The position numbers were made by a program, and so were the translations under genes. 64,000 bases of DNA from Acidimicrobiia bacterium (GTDB lineage: Bacteria; Actinomycetota; Acidimicrobiia; IMCC26256; PALSA-610). Below the pieces are notes generated by a model. It worked only from the letters and a program-made list of their open reading frames with translations, had not been told where the DNA came from and searched no databases. Positions 1-10,581 of this stretch are shown piece after piece. The DNA lies in the NCBI GenBank assembly GCA_038239145.1, contig JBBSFB010000014.1:11161-75160 (forward strand), in the 5' to 3' direction. Positions within the stretch are counted from its first letter, which is position 1. The number at the start of each line of letters is the position of its first letter.

Positions 1-245
1 CGCCCTCGCCGACGGCGACGGTGTCGACCCGCTCGCCTTGCATGGATTTGACCGGATAGCGCCACAGTTCGGCGATCGTGCCCGCGTCGACAGGTTGCAT
101 TCGCATGGTCCAATCGTCGGTCACCGGCATTGTGCTCGCCCGGGGAATCGTTGTCACGCGGCGCGTCGGTAACATTCGCGCCGTGGAGAGCCCCGAGATC
201 GCCGAAAGTGCCGAGAGTGCCGAGAGTGAGAGCCCCTTCGCCGGG

Positions 246-1406
246 ATGGATGCGGAGACGTCCGCGAATCCGCAGCCGATGTTCAAGGCGCTGCGCGAGT
301 CGATGCCGGTGATGCCCGTCGACGGCGTCGGCGTGGTGCTCACCCGCCGCAAGGAGATCGACGAGGCCTTCCGCGACCCGGGAACGTTCTCCTCGAACAT
401 GTCAGCCGTCGACCTGAAGAACATCCGGCCGTTGATCCCGTTGCAGATCGATCCGCCTGACCACAACAAGTATCGCAAGATCCTCGACCCGATCTTCGCG
501 CCCCGGAAGATGGCCCTCATTGAGGCGCCGGTGACGGAGCTCGTGAACGATCTCATCGACCGCTTCATCGATCGCGGCGAGATCGACTTCGCCAAGGACT
601 TCTCGGTCCCGTTCCCGTCGCAGGTCTTCCTGACGTTGCTCGGCCTTCCCCTGGACGAGCTCCCGCGCTTCCTCGCGATGAAGGACGGCATCATCCGTCC
701 GGATGCAGTGACCGGTACCGCCTACGGCAGCGACGAGATGCACGCGCTGCAGCGCGCGACCGCCGACTCGATCTACGAGTACTTCGACGGCATCCTCGAC
801 GAGCGCGAGCTCGAACGACGCGACGACATCCTGAGTCAGTTCCTCGACGCCGAAGTCGACGGGCAGAAGTTGCAGCGCACCGAGATCCTCGACATCTGTT
901 TCTTGTTCCTCATCGCGGGGCTCGACACCGTGACGGCAACGCTCGACTGCATGTTCTCATTCCTGGCGCAGCACCCGGAGCAGCGCGACGCGCTCGTTGC
1001 CGATCCGACGCTGATCCCGGCTGCGGTCGAGGAGCTGTTGCGATGGGAGACCCCGGTCATGGGCGTGGCTCGCGTCGCGCTGACCGACACGAATCTCGGC
1101 GGCTGCCCGATCAGCCAGGGTGACCAGGTGATGGTGATGTTGGGCTCCGCGAACACCGACGAGTCCGAGTTCGCCGACGCCGAGGACATCCGATTCGATC
1201 GGGAGACGAACCGGCACCTCGCGTTCGGCGGTGGCATTCATCGATGCCTCGGTTCGCACCTGGCCCGTCAGGAGTTGCGCATCGCGCTCCGCGAGTGGCA
1301 CCGGCGAATCCCCGAGTACTCGGTGGTCCCCGGGCACACGCTCGCGTACACGTCGGGAATCCGCTCGATCGAGCACTTCCCGATGCTGATCTCGCCGGTC
1401 GGGTGA
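246..1406 (+). CDS. cytochrome P450
   Basis: ORF 78-1406. Heme-thiolate loop FGGGIHRCLG, EXXR (EELLRWE) and I-helix-like AGLDTVT. Start set at ATG 246 (MDAETS) because 78-245 is low-complexity. Start uncertain. Confidence 0.9.
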   Translation: MDAETSANPQPMFKALRESMPVMPVDGVGVVLTRRKEIDEAFRDPGTFSSNMSAVDLKNIRPLIPLQIDPPDHNKYRKILDPIFAPRKMALIEAPVTELVNDLIDRFIDRGEIDFAKDFSVPFPSQVFLTLLGLPLDELPRFLAMKDGIIRPDAVTGTAYGSDEMHALQRATADSIYEYFDGILDERELERRDDILSQFLDAEVDGQKLQRTEILDICFLFLIAGLDTVTATLDCMFSFLAQHPEQRDALVADPTLIPAAVEELLRWETPVMGVARVALTDTNLGGCPISQGDQVMVMLGSANTDESEFADAEDIRFDRETNRHLAFGGGIHRCLGSHLARQELRIALREWHRRIPEYSVVPGHTLAYTSGIRSIEHFPMLISPVG

Positions 1407-1439
1407 CGGCCGGCGCCGAACCGGCGTAGCTTTCGCGCC

Positions 1440-2279
1440 ATGAAGTTGGCGCCACGCTACGGGACCTCGGAATTCTTGGCGGTCGACGGACGCCCGGACG
1501 ACCAGCGCACGGTCGTCACGCGCCAACGCCGGCGCCTGGAGGAAAACCTCGCCGGCCTCGACGCCGACGCGTGGGCATCGGCGAGCCGCTGTGACGGCTG
1601 GACGATCCAGGATGTCGTCGCGCATCTCGTCGGGGTCAACGGGTTCTGGGAAGCTTCGGTGGCGGCGGGTCTCGCCGGCGCGCCGACGCGGATCCTCGAG
1701 CGGTTCGATCCCGCGGCGCACCCGCCGCTGATCATCGAGCCGATGCGGGGGCTGACCCCGCACGAGGTGTTGGGACAGTTCGTCGCCTCGAACGACGGGT
1801 TCCTGGGCGCGCTCGCGGTGCTCGACGACGACGGATGGTCGACCCTCGCGGAGTCGCCTGCTGGTCACGTCTCGATCCGGATGCTGGCTGCGCACGCGCT
1901 GTGGGACGCGTGGGTACACGAACGCGACGTGATGATCCCGCTCGGTGTCGCGCCGACCGAAGAACCCGACGAGGTCGCGGCATCGCTGCGGTACGCGGCC
2001 GCGGTCGGACCAGTCCTTGCGCTCGGCGCGTCCGACGCGTTCGTGGGCGACCTCGGTGTTGTCGCCGGGGATCCGGACGTCAGCTTCACGCTGACGATCT
2101 CCGATGCGGTGCACGTCCGCGACGTCCCGCCGGTCGGGCTCCCGTGTCTCTCCGGACCTGCCGTCGACCTGGTTGAGGCGCTCAGCGTGCGCGCCCCAAT
2201 GCCCGTAGGCGCGCCCGACGAGTGGCATCGGCACGCGCGTTGCCTCGCGACCGTGTTCGACGTCTCCGGCCGGACCTGA
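1440..2279 (+). CDS. DinB-like / mycothiol-dependent maleylpyruvate isomerase N-terminal family protein
   Basis: ORF 1440-2279. N-terminal ...ASRCDGWTIQDVVAHLV... is typical of the actinobacterial TIGR03083-type DinB fold. Confidence 0.75.
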   Translation: MKLAPRYGTSEFLAVDGRPDDQRTVVTRQRRRLEENLAGLDADAWASASRCDGWTIQDVVAHLVGVNGFWEASVAAGLAGAPTRILERFDPAAHPPLIIEPMRGLTPHEVLGQFVASNDGFLGALAVLDDDGWSTLAESPAGHVSIRMLAAHALWDAWVHERDVMIPLGVAPTEEPDEVAASLRYAAAVGPVLALGASDAFVGDLGVVAGDPDVSFTLTISDAVHVRDVPPVGLPCLSGPAVDLVEALSVRAPMPVGAPDEWHRHARCLATVFDVSGRT

Positions 2280-2286
2280 CCGCCCG

Positions 2287-2760
2287 CTACGACTCGCGGA
2301 CGAGCTCGGCCGCGAGATGGTCGGTCATCGGGTGGCCGACCGCGGCCATGCGGAGCTGGTAGCGGACGGCGGCTCCGACGAACGTGAAGTCGCGTTCCAA
2401 CCCGGTCACATCCTTGGCCGAGCTCGTAGCGCGGACGACGGTCGATCGAAGCCGGATCGCGCCGCCGTCGATCGTGCCCTCGCTGATCTCCACGATGCCG
2501 TTCGGGTGCGCGAGCACCAGCTCGACCCGGCCCGGGCGGGGGAGCCGCCAGTATCCGGTCTCGGCGTGGAGTGGACGCCCGTCGTCGGCGTGACGGGTGC
2601 GTTGCGTGTAAACGATGAACGGCTTGCCGATGTGCGTGAAGCTGAGCGTCTCGTCGTAGCCGAAGCTCTCGATGGTCGGGTACCCGCCGCGCCCGCGTCC
2701 CGTCCAGGTGCCGAGCAGAAACTCGAGCGGTGCAATGTCCGGGTGCAACGGGACGGTCAT
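2287..2760 (-). CDS. nitrobindin / FABP-like heme-binding beta-barrel (DUF1794, UPF0678)
   Basis: ORF 2287-2817. [41 protein letters not shown] matches the family N-terminus. Start moved to ATG at 2760. Confidence 0.8.
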   Translation of the reverse strand: MTVPLHPDIAPLEFLLGTWTGRGRGGYPTIESFGYDETLSFTHIGKPFIVYTQRTRHADDGRPLHAETGYWRLPRPGRVELVLAHPNGIVEISEGTIDGGAIRLRSTVVRATSSAKDVTGLERDFTFVGAAVRYQLRMAAVGHPMTDHLAAELVRES

Positions 2761-2782
2761 GGATACAGCGTCGCGCGAACGC

Positions 2783-3796
2783 TCACGAGGGCGCGACCGG
2801 TGACAACGATCCTTCAACCCGCAGCCCGATCGGGCTCATCTCGATCGGGATGACCCGGTACGCCGGATCGAGCGCGCCGACGCTCCCCTCGAACTCGGCC
2901 CGGGCGTGGGGCGAGGCACTCACGATCGTGACCGACCCGCCCTCGCCGCCGGCGCCGTTGACCTTCCAGCCGATCGCGCCGAGCGCGGACGCCAGTTCGA
3001 TCGCCGCGGTTGCATCGGTACCGACGAGCGCGGGATGCAACGCGCGCTGCGCGTCGGTGTTCGCGATCGTGGCTCGACCGAATGCTGTCAGATCGCGGCT
3101 CACGACGGCGTCGCGCGCCGCGACGGCCGCCGCGCGCAGGTGCGAGAACACGTCGGAGCCGTGCCGGCGCGCGTCGTCGATGACCCAGTCGTGCACCGCA
3201 GGGGAGTCGTGGGCCCGACCGAGATAGACGAGCGAGAGCCGGGCGCCGAGGTCGTCCCACGGAGGGAGCGTGTGCACGGCCGCCTCCGGGTACGGCTCGA
3301 TCTCGAGGAAATTGATCCCGCCGTACGCGGCGCTCAGCTGGTCTTGGATGCCGCTCTGCACACCGAGCACGTCGACCTCGAGTCGATGCGCCGCGTACGC
3401 GACCTCGCGAGGCGTCATCGACTCCGGACGCGCGGCCGCGAGGGCGCCCAACAGCGCGACCGCGACGGAAGCAGACGTGCCGGTGCCGCAACCGGGTGGG
3501 ACCGCGGCGCTGACCGTGATCTCGAGCCCACACCCAGGTGGTGGCGTGAGCGCGTCGATCGCCGCTTCCAGCAAGCGGTGGCGACCGTTGCCGCGCGCCG
3601 CGCCGGGAACAACGGTGTAGCGGTCTCCGAACGATGTCACGTTGAGCAGCACCGCGTCGGTGGTGTCGGTCGCACGGATCTCGACCTCGATCCGAGGCGA
3701 CACCGCGATGTTCAGCACCTTTCCCGGGCTGCCGAACCACGTGTCGGTCCAGCCACCGTTGTCGCAGATGCGAATCGGCGCCGACGCTCGGATCAT
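2783..3796 (-). CDS. GHMP-family sugar kinase
   Basis: ORF 2783-3826. N-terminus [18 protein letters not shown] and GHMP motif [15 protein letters not shown]. Start taken at the second Met (3796). Confidence 0.8.
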   Translation of the reverse strand: MIRASAPIRICDNGGWTDTWFGSPGKVLNIAVSPRIEVEIRATDTTDAVLLNVTSFGDRYTVVPGAARGNGRHRLLEAAIDALTPPPGCGLEITVSAAVPPGCGTGTSASVAVALLGALAAARPESMTPREVAYAAHRLEVDVLGVQSGIQDQLSAAYGGINFLEIEPYPEAAVHTLPPWDDLGARLSLVYLGRAHDSPAVHDWVIDDARRHGSDVFSHLRAAAVAARDAVVSRDLTAFGRATIANTDAQRALHPALVGTDATAAIELASALGAIGWKVNGAGGEGGSVTIVSASPHARAEFEGSVGALDPAYRVIPIEMSPIGLRVEGSLSPVAPS

Positions 3797-4115
3797 TGCG
3801 CCTGCGGGCGACGTATGGGCACGCAAGAAGGTGCCCCGGCCACGAATGGCCGGGGCACTGCCAACTCGAGATCGATTGCACCTTCGGGTGCGTTCGCAAC
3901 CGTCACTGCGATGGCCGGGGCCATTTCGTTGGTCGGGGGTTCGTGCGCGTCGCCGGGTGTCAACCGATCCGGTGACGGCGAGGCGGACTTTCGTCTTCCA
4001 TACAGCATCTCCTCTTCGGAGTCGCTACCGACGTTTCGATCATGCACCCGCCGTCAAGGCGCGCGTGGGCAGAAAACGGCCACTTCGGCGCAACGACGGG
4101 CGTATCTTCGATTGG

Positions 4116-5120
4116 ATGGATGATCTGGCGGGCGTCGTCGACCGGTTCGCGATCGAGACCGGATTCGCAGGTGTGGTGCGCGTCGACCGGGAGCGAGAAA
4201 CGGTGTTCGCGCGCGCCTACGGGCTCGCGAATCGGCCCTACGACGTCGCGAACCAGGTCGACTCGCAGTTCGCAACTGCCAGCGGTACGAAGGGACTGAC
4301 CGCGCTCACCATCGTGGCTTTGATCGCGGAGGGTCGGCTCGAGTGCGAGACGACGGCGCGATCGGTGCTGGGCGCCGACCTTCCGCTCATCGGCGCCGAC
4401 GTGACCGTTGAGCATCTCCTCGGACACCGGTCGGGAATCGGCGACTACCTCGACGAGGACGCCATCGCCGATATCGACGACTACCTCCTGACGGTTCCCG
4501 CGCACGAGCTCGTGACCACCACCGACTACCTACGCGCGCTCGACGGTCACCCGGCCAAGTTTGCCGCGGGCGCTCGGTTCTCGTACTGCAACAGCGGTTA
4601 CGTCGTGCTCGCTCTGATGGCTGAGCGCGTGACCGGCATCGCGTTTCACGATCTCGTGCTGCAGCGGGTGTGCGCACCGGCCGGGATGCGGGACACCGCG
4701 TTCCTGCGGTCCGACGAACTCGGGTGCCGGGCCGCGATCGGGTACCTGGCCGCGGACGGCGCGCGGACGAACGTCTTTCACCTCCCGGTGCGAGGCAGCG
4801 GCGACGGCGGCGCCTACTCCACGGTCGCCGACGTGCACGCGATGTGGTCGGCGTTCCTGGCGGGCGGGATCGTCCCCGGCGAATGGGTCGCCGAGATGAT
4901 CCGGCCCCGAAGCGATGTCCCCGCGGACTCGATGCGCTACGGCCTGGGCTTCTGGCTGCACGAGTCGCGTGACATCGTGATGCTGTCGGGCTACGACGCC
5001 GGCGTCTCGTTCCGAACGGTCCACGATGCCGCCACCTTGATCACGCACACGGTGATGTCCAACACGTCGACGGGGGCGTGGCCCGTGACCCGCCGCCTCG
5101 ACGAGGCGTTGTTCCGCTGA
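4116..5120 (+). CDS. serine hydrolase, beta-lactamase/PBP4-like family
   Basis: C-terminal 334 aa of ORF 3642-5120, starting MDDLAGVVDRF. SxxK motif ASGTK. The upstream part of the ORF is Arg/Pro-rich junk. Confidence 0.8.
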   Translation: MDDLAGVVDRFAIETGFAGVVRVDRERETVFARAYGLANRPYDVANQVDSQFATASGTKGLTALTIVALIAEGRLECETTARSVLGADLPLIGADVTVEHLLGHRSGIGDYLDEDAIADIDDYLLTVPAHELVTTTDYLRALDGHPAKFAAGARFSYCNSGYVVLALMAERVTGIAFHDLVLQRVCAPAGMRDTAFLRSDELGCRAAIGYLAADGARTNVFHLPVRGSGDGGAYSTVADVHAMWSAFLAGGIVPGEWVAEMIRPRSDVPADSMRYGLGFWLHESRDIVMLSGYDAGVSFRTVHDAATLITHTVMSNTSTGAWPVTRRLDEALFR

Positions 5121-5194
5121 CCGGCCGGGCCCCGACGCCGTCGAACCAGCTCCGCGCGCTTTCTTCGGTGCGGTCGGTGGACTAACACTGGCCG

Positions 5195-6589
5195 ATGGAA
5201 GCGAACCTGCTGTTGCCGGCGAGTCCGTACGGATCGCTCGACGCGTATCGCGCGGCCGGCGGTGGCCACGCACTGGCCCGGGTACACGACCGCGGCGCGG
5301 CGTGGGTGCTCGACGAGCTGGAGCACGCGGGGCTGCGGGGTCGCGGCGGCGCCGGATTCCCGGCCGCGCGCAAGTGGCGATCGGTCGCGGCCGGCGGACC
5401 TGCGCTCGGCGATCGCTACGTGGTGGCCAACGGCGCGGAAGGTGAGCCGGGCACGTTCAAGGACCGGCCGCTGCTCCGGGCGAATCCGTATCAGGTGTTG
5501 GAAGGCCTGGCGGTCGCGGCGACGACCGTCGGCGCGCGGGAGGCGTTCATCGCAGTGAAGTCGTCGTTCGCGCCCGAGATCGAATCGCTCGAGCGGGCGC
5601 TGCGGGAGATGGCCGACGCGAACCTGCTGGGCGACGCGCCGGTCAGCCTCATCGGTGGGCCCGAGGAGTACCTGTTCGGCGAGGAAAAGGGTCTGTTGGA
5701 AGTCATCGAGGGCAACGACCCGATGCCCCGGTGGCTCCCTCCGTACGTGCACGGCTTGTACGCGACGACTCCCCAGGAAGGCTGGTCGGCAGGCGGCGGG
5801 GTCCACGTCGACGACGCGGCCCGCGTCGGCTCGAACCCGACGCTCGTGTCGAACGTCGAGACGCTCGCGAATGTGCCGTTGATCCTCGCGCGCGGCGCGA
5901 AGTGGTATCGGGCGTTGGGGACGGCGGAGACCCCGGGACCGCTGATCTGTACCGTCGTCGGCGATGTCGCGCACGCCGGGTTCGCGGAGATCGAGCCGGG
6001 AACCACGTTGCGGGACGTGATCGAGCGCGTCGGCGGGGGCGTCCGCGCCGGCCGGGGAGTGAAAGCGGTGTTGTCGGGCGTCTCCAATCCGGTGCTGGCC
6101 GCCGCCGGGCTCGACGCTCCCGTCAGCTACGAGGGTCTCGCCGCCGCGGGCGGCGGGCTCGGCTCGGCCGGGTTCATCGTCTACGACGACACCCGGAACA
6201 TGGTGTCGGTCGCCCGGATGGTCTCCCGCTTCCTCTACGTCGAGTCGTGTGGTCAGTGCCGGGCGTGCAAGTTCGGATGCGGCGAGATCACCCGCCAGCT
6301 CGAGCAACTCGTCGCAGTGCACGGCGACATCGCCAACATCGAGACGATCGGGGCGCGACTGTTGGGTATCACCGACCAGAACCGCTGCTTTCTCGGCGAA
6401 GAGGAGCAACGCGTGATCTCGAGCCTGTTGCGATCGTTTCCCGAGGACTTCACCGCCGAGCTCGAAGGAACCCCCGAGCTCGACTCACTGCCCGTGCCCA
6501 AGATCGTCGACATACGCGACGGAGTCGCCACCTACGACGCCAACCAGATGCGCAAGCAACCCGATTGGACCTACGCCCCCGCCTCCTAG
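5195..6589 (+). CDS. NuoF-like NADH-binding FMN / 4Fe-4S flavoprotein (orphan)
   Basis: ORF 5195-6589. GLRGRGGAGFPAARKW (NuoF FMN/NADH site) and Cys cluster ESCGQCRACKFGC. No other nuo genes are nearby. Confidence 0.8.
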   Translation: MEANLLLPASPYGSLDAYRAAGGGHALARVHDRGAAWVLDELEHAGLRGRGGAGFPAARKWRSVAAGGPALGDRYVVANGAEGEPGTFKDRPLLRANPYQVLEGLAVAATTVGAREAFIAVKSSFAPEIESLERALREMADANLLGDAPVSLIGGPEEYLFGEEKGLLEVIEGNDPMPRWLPPYVHGLYATTPQEGWSAGGGVHVDDAARVGSNPTLVSNVETLANVPLILARGAKWYRALGTAETPGPLICTVVGDVAHAGFAEIEPGTTLRDVIERVGGGVRAGRGVKAVLSGVSNPVLAAAGLDAPVSYEGLAAAGGGLGSAGFIVYDDTRNMVSVARMVSRFLYVESCGQCRACKFGCGEITRQLEQLVAVHGDIANIETIGARLLGITDQNRCFLGEEEQRVISSLLRSFPEDFTAELEGTPELDSLPVPKIVDIRDGVATYDANQMRKQPDWTYAPAS

Positions 6590-6627
6590 GATCCGCCCAG
6601 TCGACGCGTCCTCGTCAGGAGATCAGC

Positions 6628-7650
6628 ATGAAGTACCGCACCCTTGGTCGTACCGGAGTCGAGGTCAGCGAGCTCTGCCTCGGCGCGATGATGTTCGGCG
6701 CCTGGGGGAATCCCGATCACGACGACTCGGTGCGCATCATGCACCGCGCCCTGGACGCCGGGATCAATTTCATCGACACCGCCGACGTCTACTCCGCGGG
6801 CGAGTCGGAGAAAATCGTCGGCAAGGCGCTCGCCGGCGGCCGGCGCCGTGACGTGGTGCTCGCCACGAAGGCGCACGGGCAGATGGGCAGGGACCGCAAC
6901 GCCAAGGGCAACTCCCGGCGCTGGATCACCGCCGAGGTCGAGAACAGCTTGCGTCGGCTCGGGACTGACTACATCGACCTGTACCAGATCCATCGGCCCG
7001 ACCCCACCTGTGACGTGGAAGAGACGCTGTCGGCGCTGACCGATCTCGTACGGGCCGGAAAGATCCGGTACTGCGGTTCGTCGACGTTCCCGGCCCACGA
7101 GATGGTGGAGGCGCAGTGGGTCTCCGATCGCCGGGGTCTCGACCGGTTCCGGTGCGAGCAGCCGCCGTATTCGATCCTGGCGCGGGGCATCGAGCGCGAC
7201 GTGCTGCCCGTTGCCGAGAAGTACGGCATGGGGGTCATCCCCTGGAGCCCGCTCAATGGCGGCTTCCTCTCGGGCAAGTTCCGGGCCGGAGTCACTCCGC
7301 AACCGTCGCACCGAGATCAGCTCCGGGCCGCGCAGGGCCGGCCCGAGTCGGCGGCGGAGCAGACCAAGCGCGAAGCGGCCGAGCAGCTCGGTGACCTCGC
7401 CGAGAAGTTCGGGCTGACCGTCGTCGACATGGCGCTCGCCTTCGTGCTCAACCATCCCGCGGTGACCGCGGCGATCATCGGGCCCCGCACCATGGAGCAA
7501 CTCGAGTCGCAGCTCTCGGCGCCCGACGTCGAGCTCCCCGTCGAGTTGTTGGACGCGATCGACGCGATCGTCCCACCCGGCGTCACCCTGGATCCCGGTG
7601 ACGAAGGTTGGGAGCTCCCGAGCCTCCTGCCCGGAAACCGCCGCCGCTGA
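6628..7650 (+). CDS. aldo/keto reductase
   Basis: Tail of ORF 5731-7650 from ATG 6628. MKYRTLGRTGVEVSELCLGAMMFG...INFIDTADVYSAGESEKIVGKAL is the canonical AKR N-terminus. Confidence 0.9.
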   Translation: MKYRTLGRTGVEVSELCLGAMMFGAWGNPDHDDSVRIMHRALDAGINFIDTADVYSAGESEKIVGKALAGGRRRDVVLATKAHGQMGRDRNAKGNSRRWITAEVENSLRRLGTDYIDLYQIHRPDPTCDVEETLSALTDLVRAGKIRYCGSSTFPAHEMVEAQWVSDRRGLDRFRCEQPPYSILARGIERDVLPVAEKYGMGVIPWSPLNGGFLSGKFRAGVTPQPSHRDQLRAAQGRPESAAEQTKREAAEQLGDLAEKFGLTVVDMALAFVLNHPAVTAAIIGPRTMEQLESQLSAPDVELPVELLDAIDAIVPPGVTLDPGDEGWELPSLLPGNRRR

Positions 7651-7671
7651 CCCGTCGTCGGGCGACCGGCT

Positions 7672-8781
7672 TCATTTGTGGCCGGATGGGCCGGCGACGC
7701 GCGGGGCGCGCTCCAACGTGAAGGGGTTGTCGGTCCACGGCGTGCCCGTCGCGAGCTCGGCGAGCCTGCGTCCGAGCGCGGGTAGGAACTTGAAGCCGTG
7801 GCCGCCGAGCCCCACGCCGACGACGATGCGGCCGACGCGATCGACGACGAAGTCTTCGTCGGGCGCCGACGCGTAGAGACACGTGTCGTGACCGACCGGT
7901 TCGGGGTCGACGCCGGGGACGCTCCGCCGGACCCACTCGAGCAGGCGATCCCATGTGGTCGGGTCGAGATCGCCCGTGCGTAGGTCCGGGTCAACGATCG
8001 GGCCGGTGTGGTGCTCGCCGACCTTGACCAGTCCGGTTGGAGTCGGGAGGCCGTAGTAGCTGACGTCCCGGCGGTCGATGAACGTCGGGAAGGTGAACCC
8101 GGGTCGGGGCCGGAAGAAGCCAACCTGCTCCTGGGTCACGGTGATCGGCGGGAGGGGAACGAGCCCGGCGAGCGTCGCGTGTGCCCACGCCCCCGTCGTG
8201 ACGACGACGGTGTCGGCCGAGTACACGTCGCGGTCCGTCGTGACCTCGACACGACCGTCGCGTTCGACGATGGCGGTCACGGTTTCCGAACGACGGACCA
8301 CAGCGCCGTTCGCGGTCTCCGAGCGTTCGAACGCATCCAGCGCCACGTGCGCGTCGACACAGCCTGCATCGCGTTGCACGAGGGCACGACCGTTTGTTCG
8401 CAGGCCCGGAAACTCGCGCGCCGTCGTGACCGGATCGAGCCATTCGTACGGCACTCCGCGCGCATCGCACCCAAGCGCGATCTGCTCGAGCTCGGCGGCA
8501 AATCCCATGTCGACGCCGCCGACGGTGCGGACGAGGGCGCCGCCGATGGTCGCGTCGAGATCGTTCCACATCGGCAGTGACTCCTGCGCGAGCGCCACGT
8601 ATGCGGGATCGCCGTACGCAAGCCGGAAGATGCGCTCGGACCCGTGCGACGACCCGCGCGTGTGGTGTGCTTCGAACCGGTCGATCGCAACCACCCGGAA
8701 GCCCGAACGCGCCAACCACCACGTCGTTGCCGAGCCGGCCCCGCCGTGCCCCACCACGATCACGTCGTAGATGTCGGCCAC
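7672..8781 (-). CDS. FAD-dependent sarcosine / N-methyltryptophan oxidase-like oxidoreductase
   Basis: In ORF 7672-9198. Dinucleotide fold YDVIVVGHGGAGSATTWWLARSG and HTRGSSHGSERIFR. GTG start at 8781 chosen just upstream of the Rossmann motif. Confidence 0.8.
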   Translation of the reverse strand: MADIYDVIVVGHGGAGSATTWWLARSGFRVVAIDRFEAHHTRGSSHGSERIFRLAYGDPAYVALAQESLPMWNDLDATIGGALVRTVGGVDMGFAAELEQIALGCDARGVPYEWLDPVTTAREFPGLRTNGRALVQRDAGCVDAHVALDAFERSETANGAVVRRSETVTAIVERDGRVEVTTDRDVYSADTVVVTTGAWAHATLAGLVPLPPITVTQEQVGFFRPRPGFTFPTFIDRRDVSYYGLPTPTGLVKVGEHHTGPIVDPDLRTGDLDPTTWDRLLEWVRRSVPGVDPEPVGHDTCLYASAPDEDFVVDRVGRIVVGVGLGGHGFKFLPALGRRLAELATGTPWTDNPFTLERAPRVAGPSGHK

Positions 8782-8839
8782 CAACTCAATGATCGCGCCG
8801 GGTGCGGTAGAACGAGGACATGAGCGCGGCGGAAACCGA

Positions 8840-10330
8840 GTGCAGCCCGTGACCGACGACGGGGTCGGACCCCTCGATCCGATCACCGAACGGAACGTTG
8901 CTCGCTTCGACGACGAAGCCGACGTGGTCGTCGTCGGCCTCGGATGTGCCGGCGCGTCGGCGGCGATCGCGGCGGCGGAGCGGGGGCTCGAAGTGCTGGC
9001 CCTCGAGCGGCAGGGCGCGCCCGGCGGTACGAGCGCGATGTCGGGCGGCCTCATATATCTCGGCGGGGGAACGCCGGTACAGCAGCAATGCGGCTTCGAC
9101 GACGACGCCGACACGATGTACGCATTCCTCGTCGCCGCGACCGCCGAACATGGAAACGCCGACCGGCCCGACCGGCCCGACCGGCCCGACCGGGCCAAGC
9201 TACGGCTGTACTGCGACGGGTCGGTCGCGCACTTCCACTGGTTGGAGGATCACGGCGTTCCGTTTCGCGCCGCGTTCTGCGACGAGCCGAATCGGGAGTC
9301 GGCCGACGACAGCGGTCTCGTCTTCTCGGGCGGAGAGGACAGCCGGCCGTTCTGTGAGATCGCTCGCCCCGTCCCTCGCGGGCACAAGCCGAAGTTCCCC
9401 GACAGTGCCGGAAATTTCTTGATGCAGCGCCTCTCAGCCGCGGTCGCGACGACGCCGACCCGTGTCATGGTCGATGCCCGCGCCGACCGGCTCGTCACCG
9501 ACTCCGACGGCGCAGTGATCGGGGTCGCGGTCCGCCACGAGAACCAGATGCGCTACGTGCGGGCCCGTCGCGGCGTCGTGCTCGCCACCGGCGGGTTCGC
9601 CTACAACGAAGCGATGCTCGGGGCGTACTGCCCCGACGCGATGCGTCCCGATCCCGCGTGGCGTATCGGCACCGATGCCGACGACGGCCGGGGCATCCGT
9701 CTCGGACTCGGCGCGGGCGGCGCGCCGCTGCGGCTCGACGTCTTCGAGTGCGCACTCCCGCTCGGTCCGCCGCACCGACTGTGCCGCGCGATCCTCGTCG
9801 ATCGGCAGGGCCGGCGGTTTGTGAACGAGGACACGTACACGGGCCGCATCGGATGGAAAGCGCTCATGGAGCACGGCGGCGACGTGTTCATGGTGCTCGA
9901 CGAGGCGATCTACGAACGCAATCTGCTCGGCCTGCGGTTCTCGCACGCGGCCGAAACCGTCGAGGAGCTTGCGCGTGATCTCGGGGTACCCGAGGCTGCG
10001 CTCGCTGCGACCGTTGCCGATTACAACGAGCATGCCGCCCGGGGCGAAGATCCCGAGTTCGGCAAGCTGCCGCCGTTCGTCCAGCCGCTGGTGCCGCCGC
10101 TCGGCGCGATCGACCTCCGTGTGACGCGCGGCGCGATCTACGCCACGTTCACGCTGGGCGGTCTGCACACTGACGCCGACGGACGCGTCGTCACTGCCAC
10201 CGATGCCCGCGTGCCCGGATTGTTCGCGGTCGGGCGGGCGAGCGCGAGCCTGGCGGCCGGTGGGTACGTCAGCGGTATCAGCCTGGGGGACGGCACCTTC
10301 TTCGGTCGCCGCGCCGGGCTCGCGCTCTGA
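8840..10330 (+). CDS. FAD-binding oxidoreductase, KstD / fumarate-reductase flavoprotein-like
   Basis: ORF 8771-10330. ADVVVVGLGCAGASAAIAAAERG...GGTSAMSGG. The ATG at 8771 would overlap the divergent gene, so in-frame GTG 8840 (or ATG 8789) is more plausible. Start uncertain. Confidence 0.75.
   Translation: MQPVTDDGVGPLDPITERNVARFDDEADVVVVGLGCAGASAAIAAAERGLEVLALERQGAPGGTSAMSGGLIYLGGGTPVQQQCGFDDDADTMYAFLVAATAEHGNADRPDRPDRPDRAKLRLYCDGSVAHFHWLEDHGVPFRAAFCDEPNRESADDSGLVFSGGEDSRPFCEIARPVPRGHKPKFPDSAGNFLMQRLSAAVATTPTRVMVDARADRLVTDSDGAVIGVAVRHENQMRYVRARRGVVLATGGFAYNEAMLGAYCPDAMRPDPAWRIGTDADDGRGIRLGLGAGGAPLRLDVFECALPLGPPHRLCRAILVDRQGRRFVNEDTYTGRIGWKALMEHGGDVFMVLDEAIYERNLLGLRFSHAAETVEELARDLGVPEAALAATVADYNEHAARGEDPEFGKLPPFVQPLVPPLGAIDLRVTRGAIYATFTLGGLHTDADGRVVTATDARVPGLFAVGRASASLAAGGYVSGISLGDGTFFGRRAGLAL
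9161..9196 (+). repeat. in-frame 9-bp tandem repeat (gaccggccc x3 plus a 9-bp variant unit gaccgggcc) encoding DRPDRPDRPDRA
   Basis: Read directly at 9161-9196, inside the flavoprotein CDS. Confidence 0.9.
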
Positions 10331-10581
10331 ATCGACACTCGTTCTGTGCTCGGGTCAATGCACCGGTTCATGCGGCATCCAGTTCCCTCTGGGAGTGCTG
10401 CCGACCGCATGACGTTCGGTCGCTCGGCAAGGAGGTCCGGAGGGTGGTGGTACAACCGGGCGAACAGGCGTTGACCACCTTGGCCGGCGCGCGGTGAGCC
10501 GCGAGACTGCCGTCGTGACTACGACCTCCGCGACGCGCACGGTCGTCGAAGTCGTCCGTACGCCGAACATGCCCCGTTGCA

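Noticed and set aside
1-43. Possible 5' end of a minus-strand gene (MQGERVDTVAVGEG...) leaving the window
   Set aside because: Only 14 codons are visible, which is too little to support a feature.
957-2234. Numerous 100-500-aa antisense or alternate-frame ORFs (e.g. 957-2234, 2814-3899, 4991-6409, 14545-15738, 20504-22129, 31551-32915, 41779-43391, 46858-48387)
   Set aside because: They show Arg/Pro/Gly-dominated composition with no recognisable motifs, and they overlap genes with strong family signatures on the other strand or frame.
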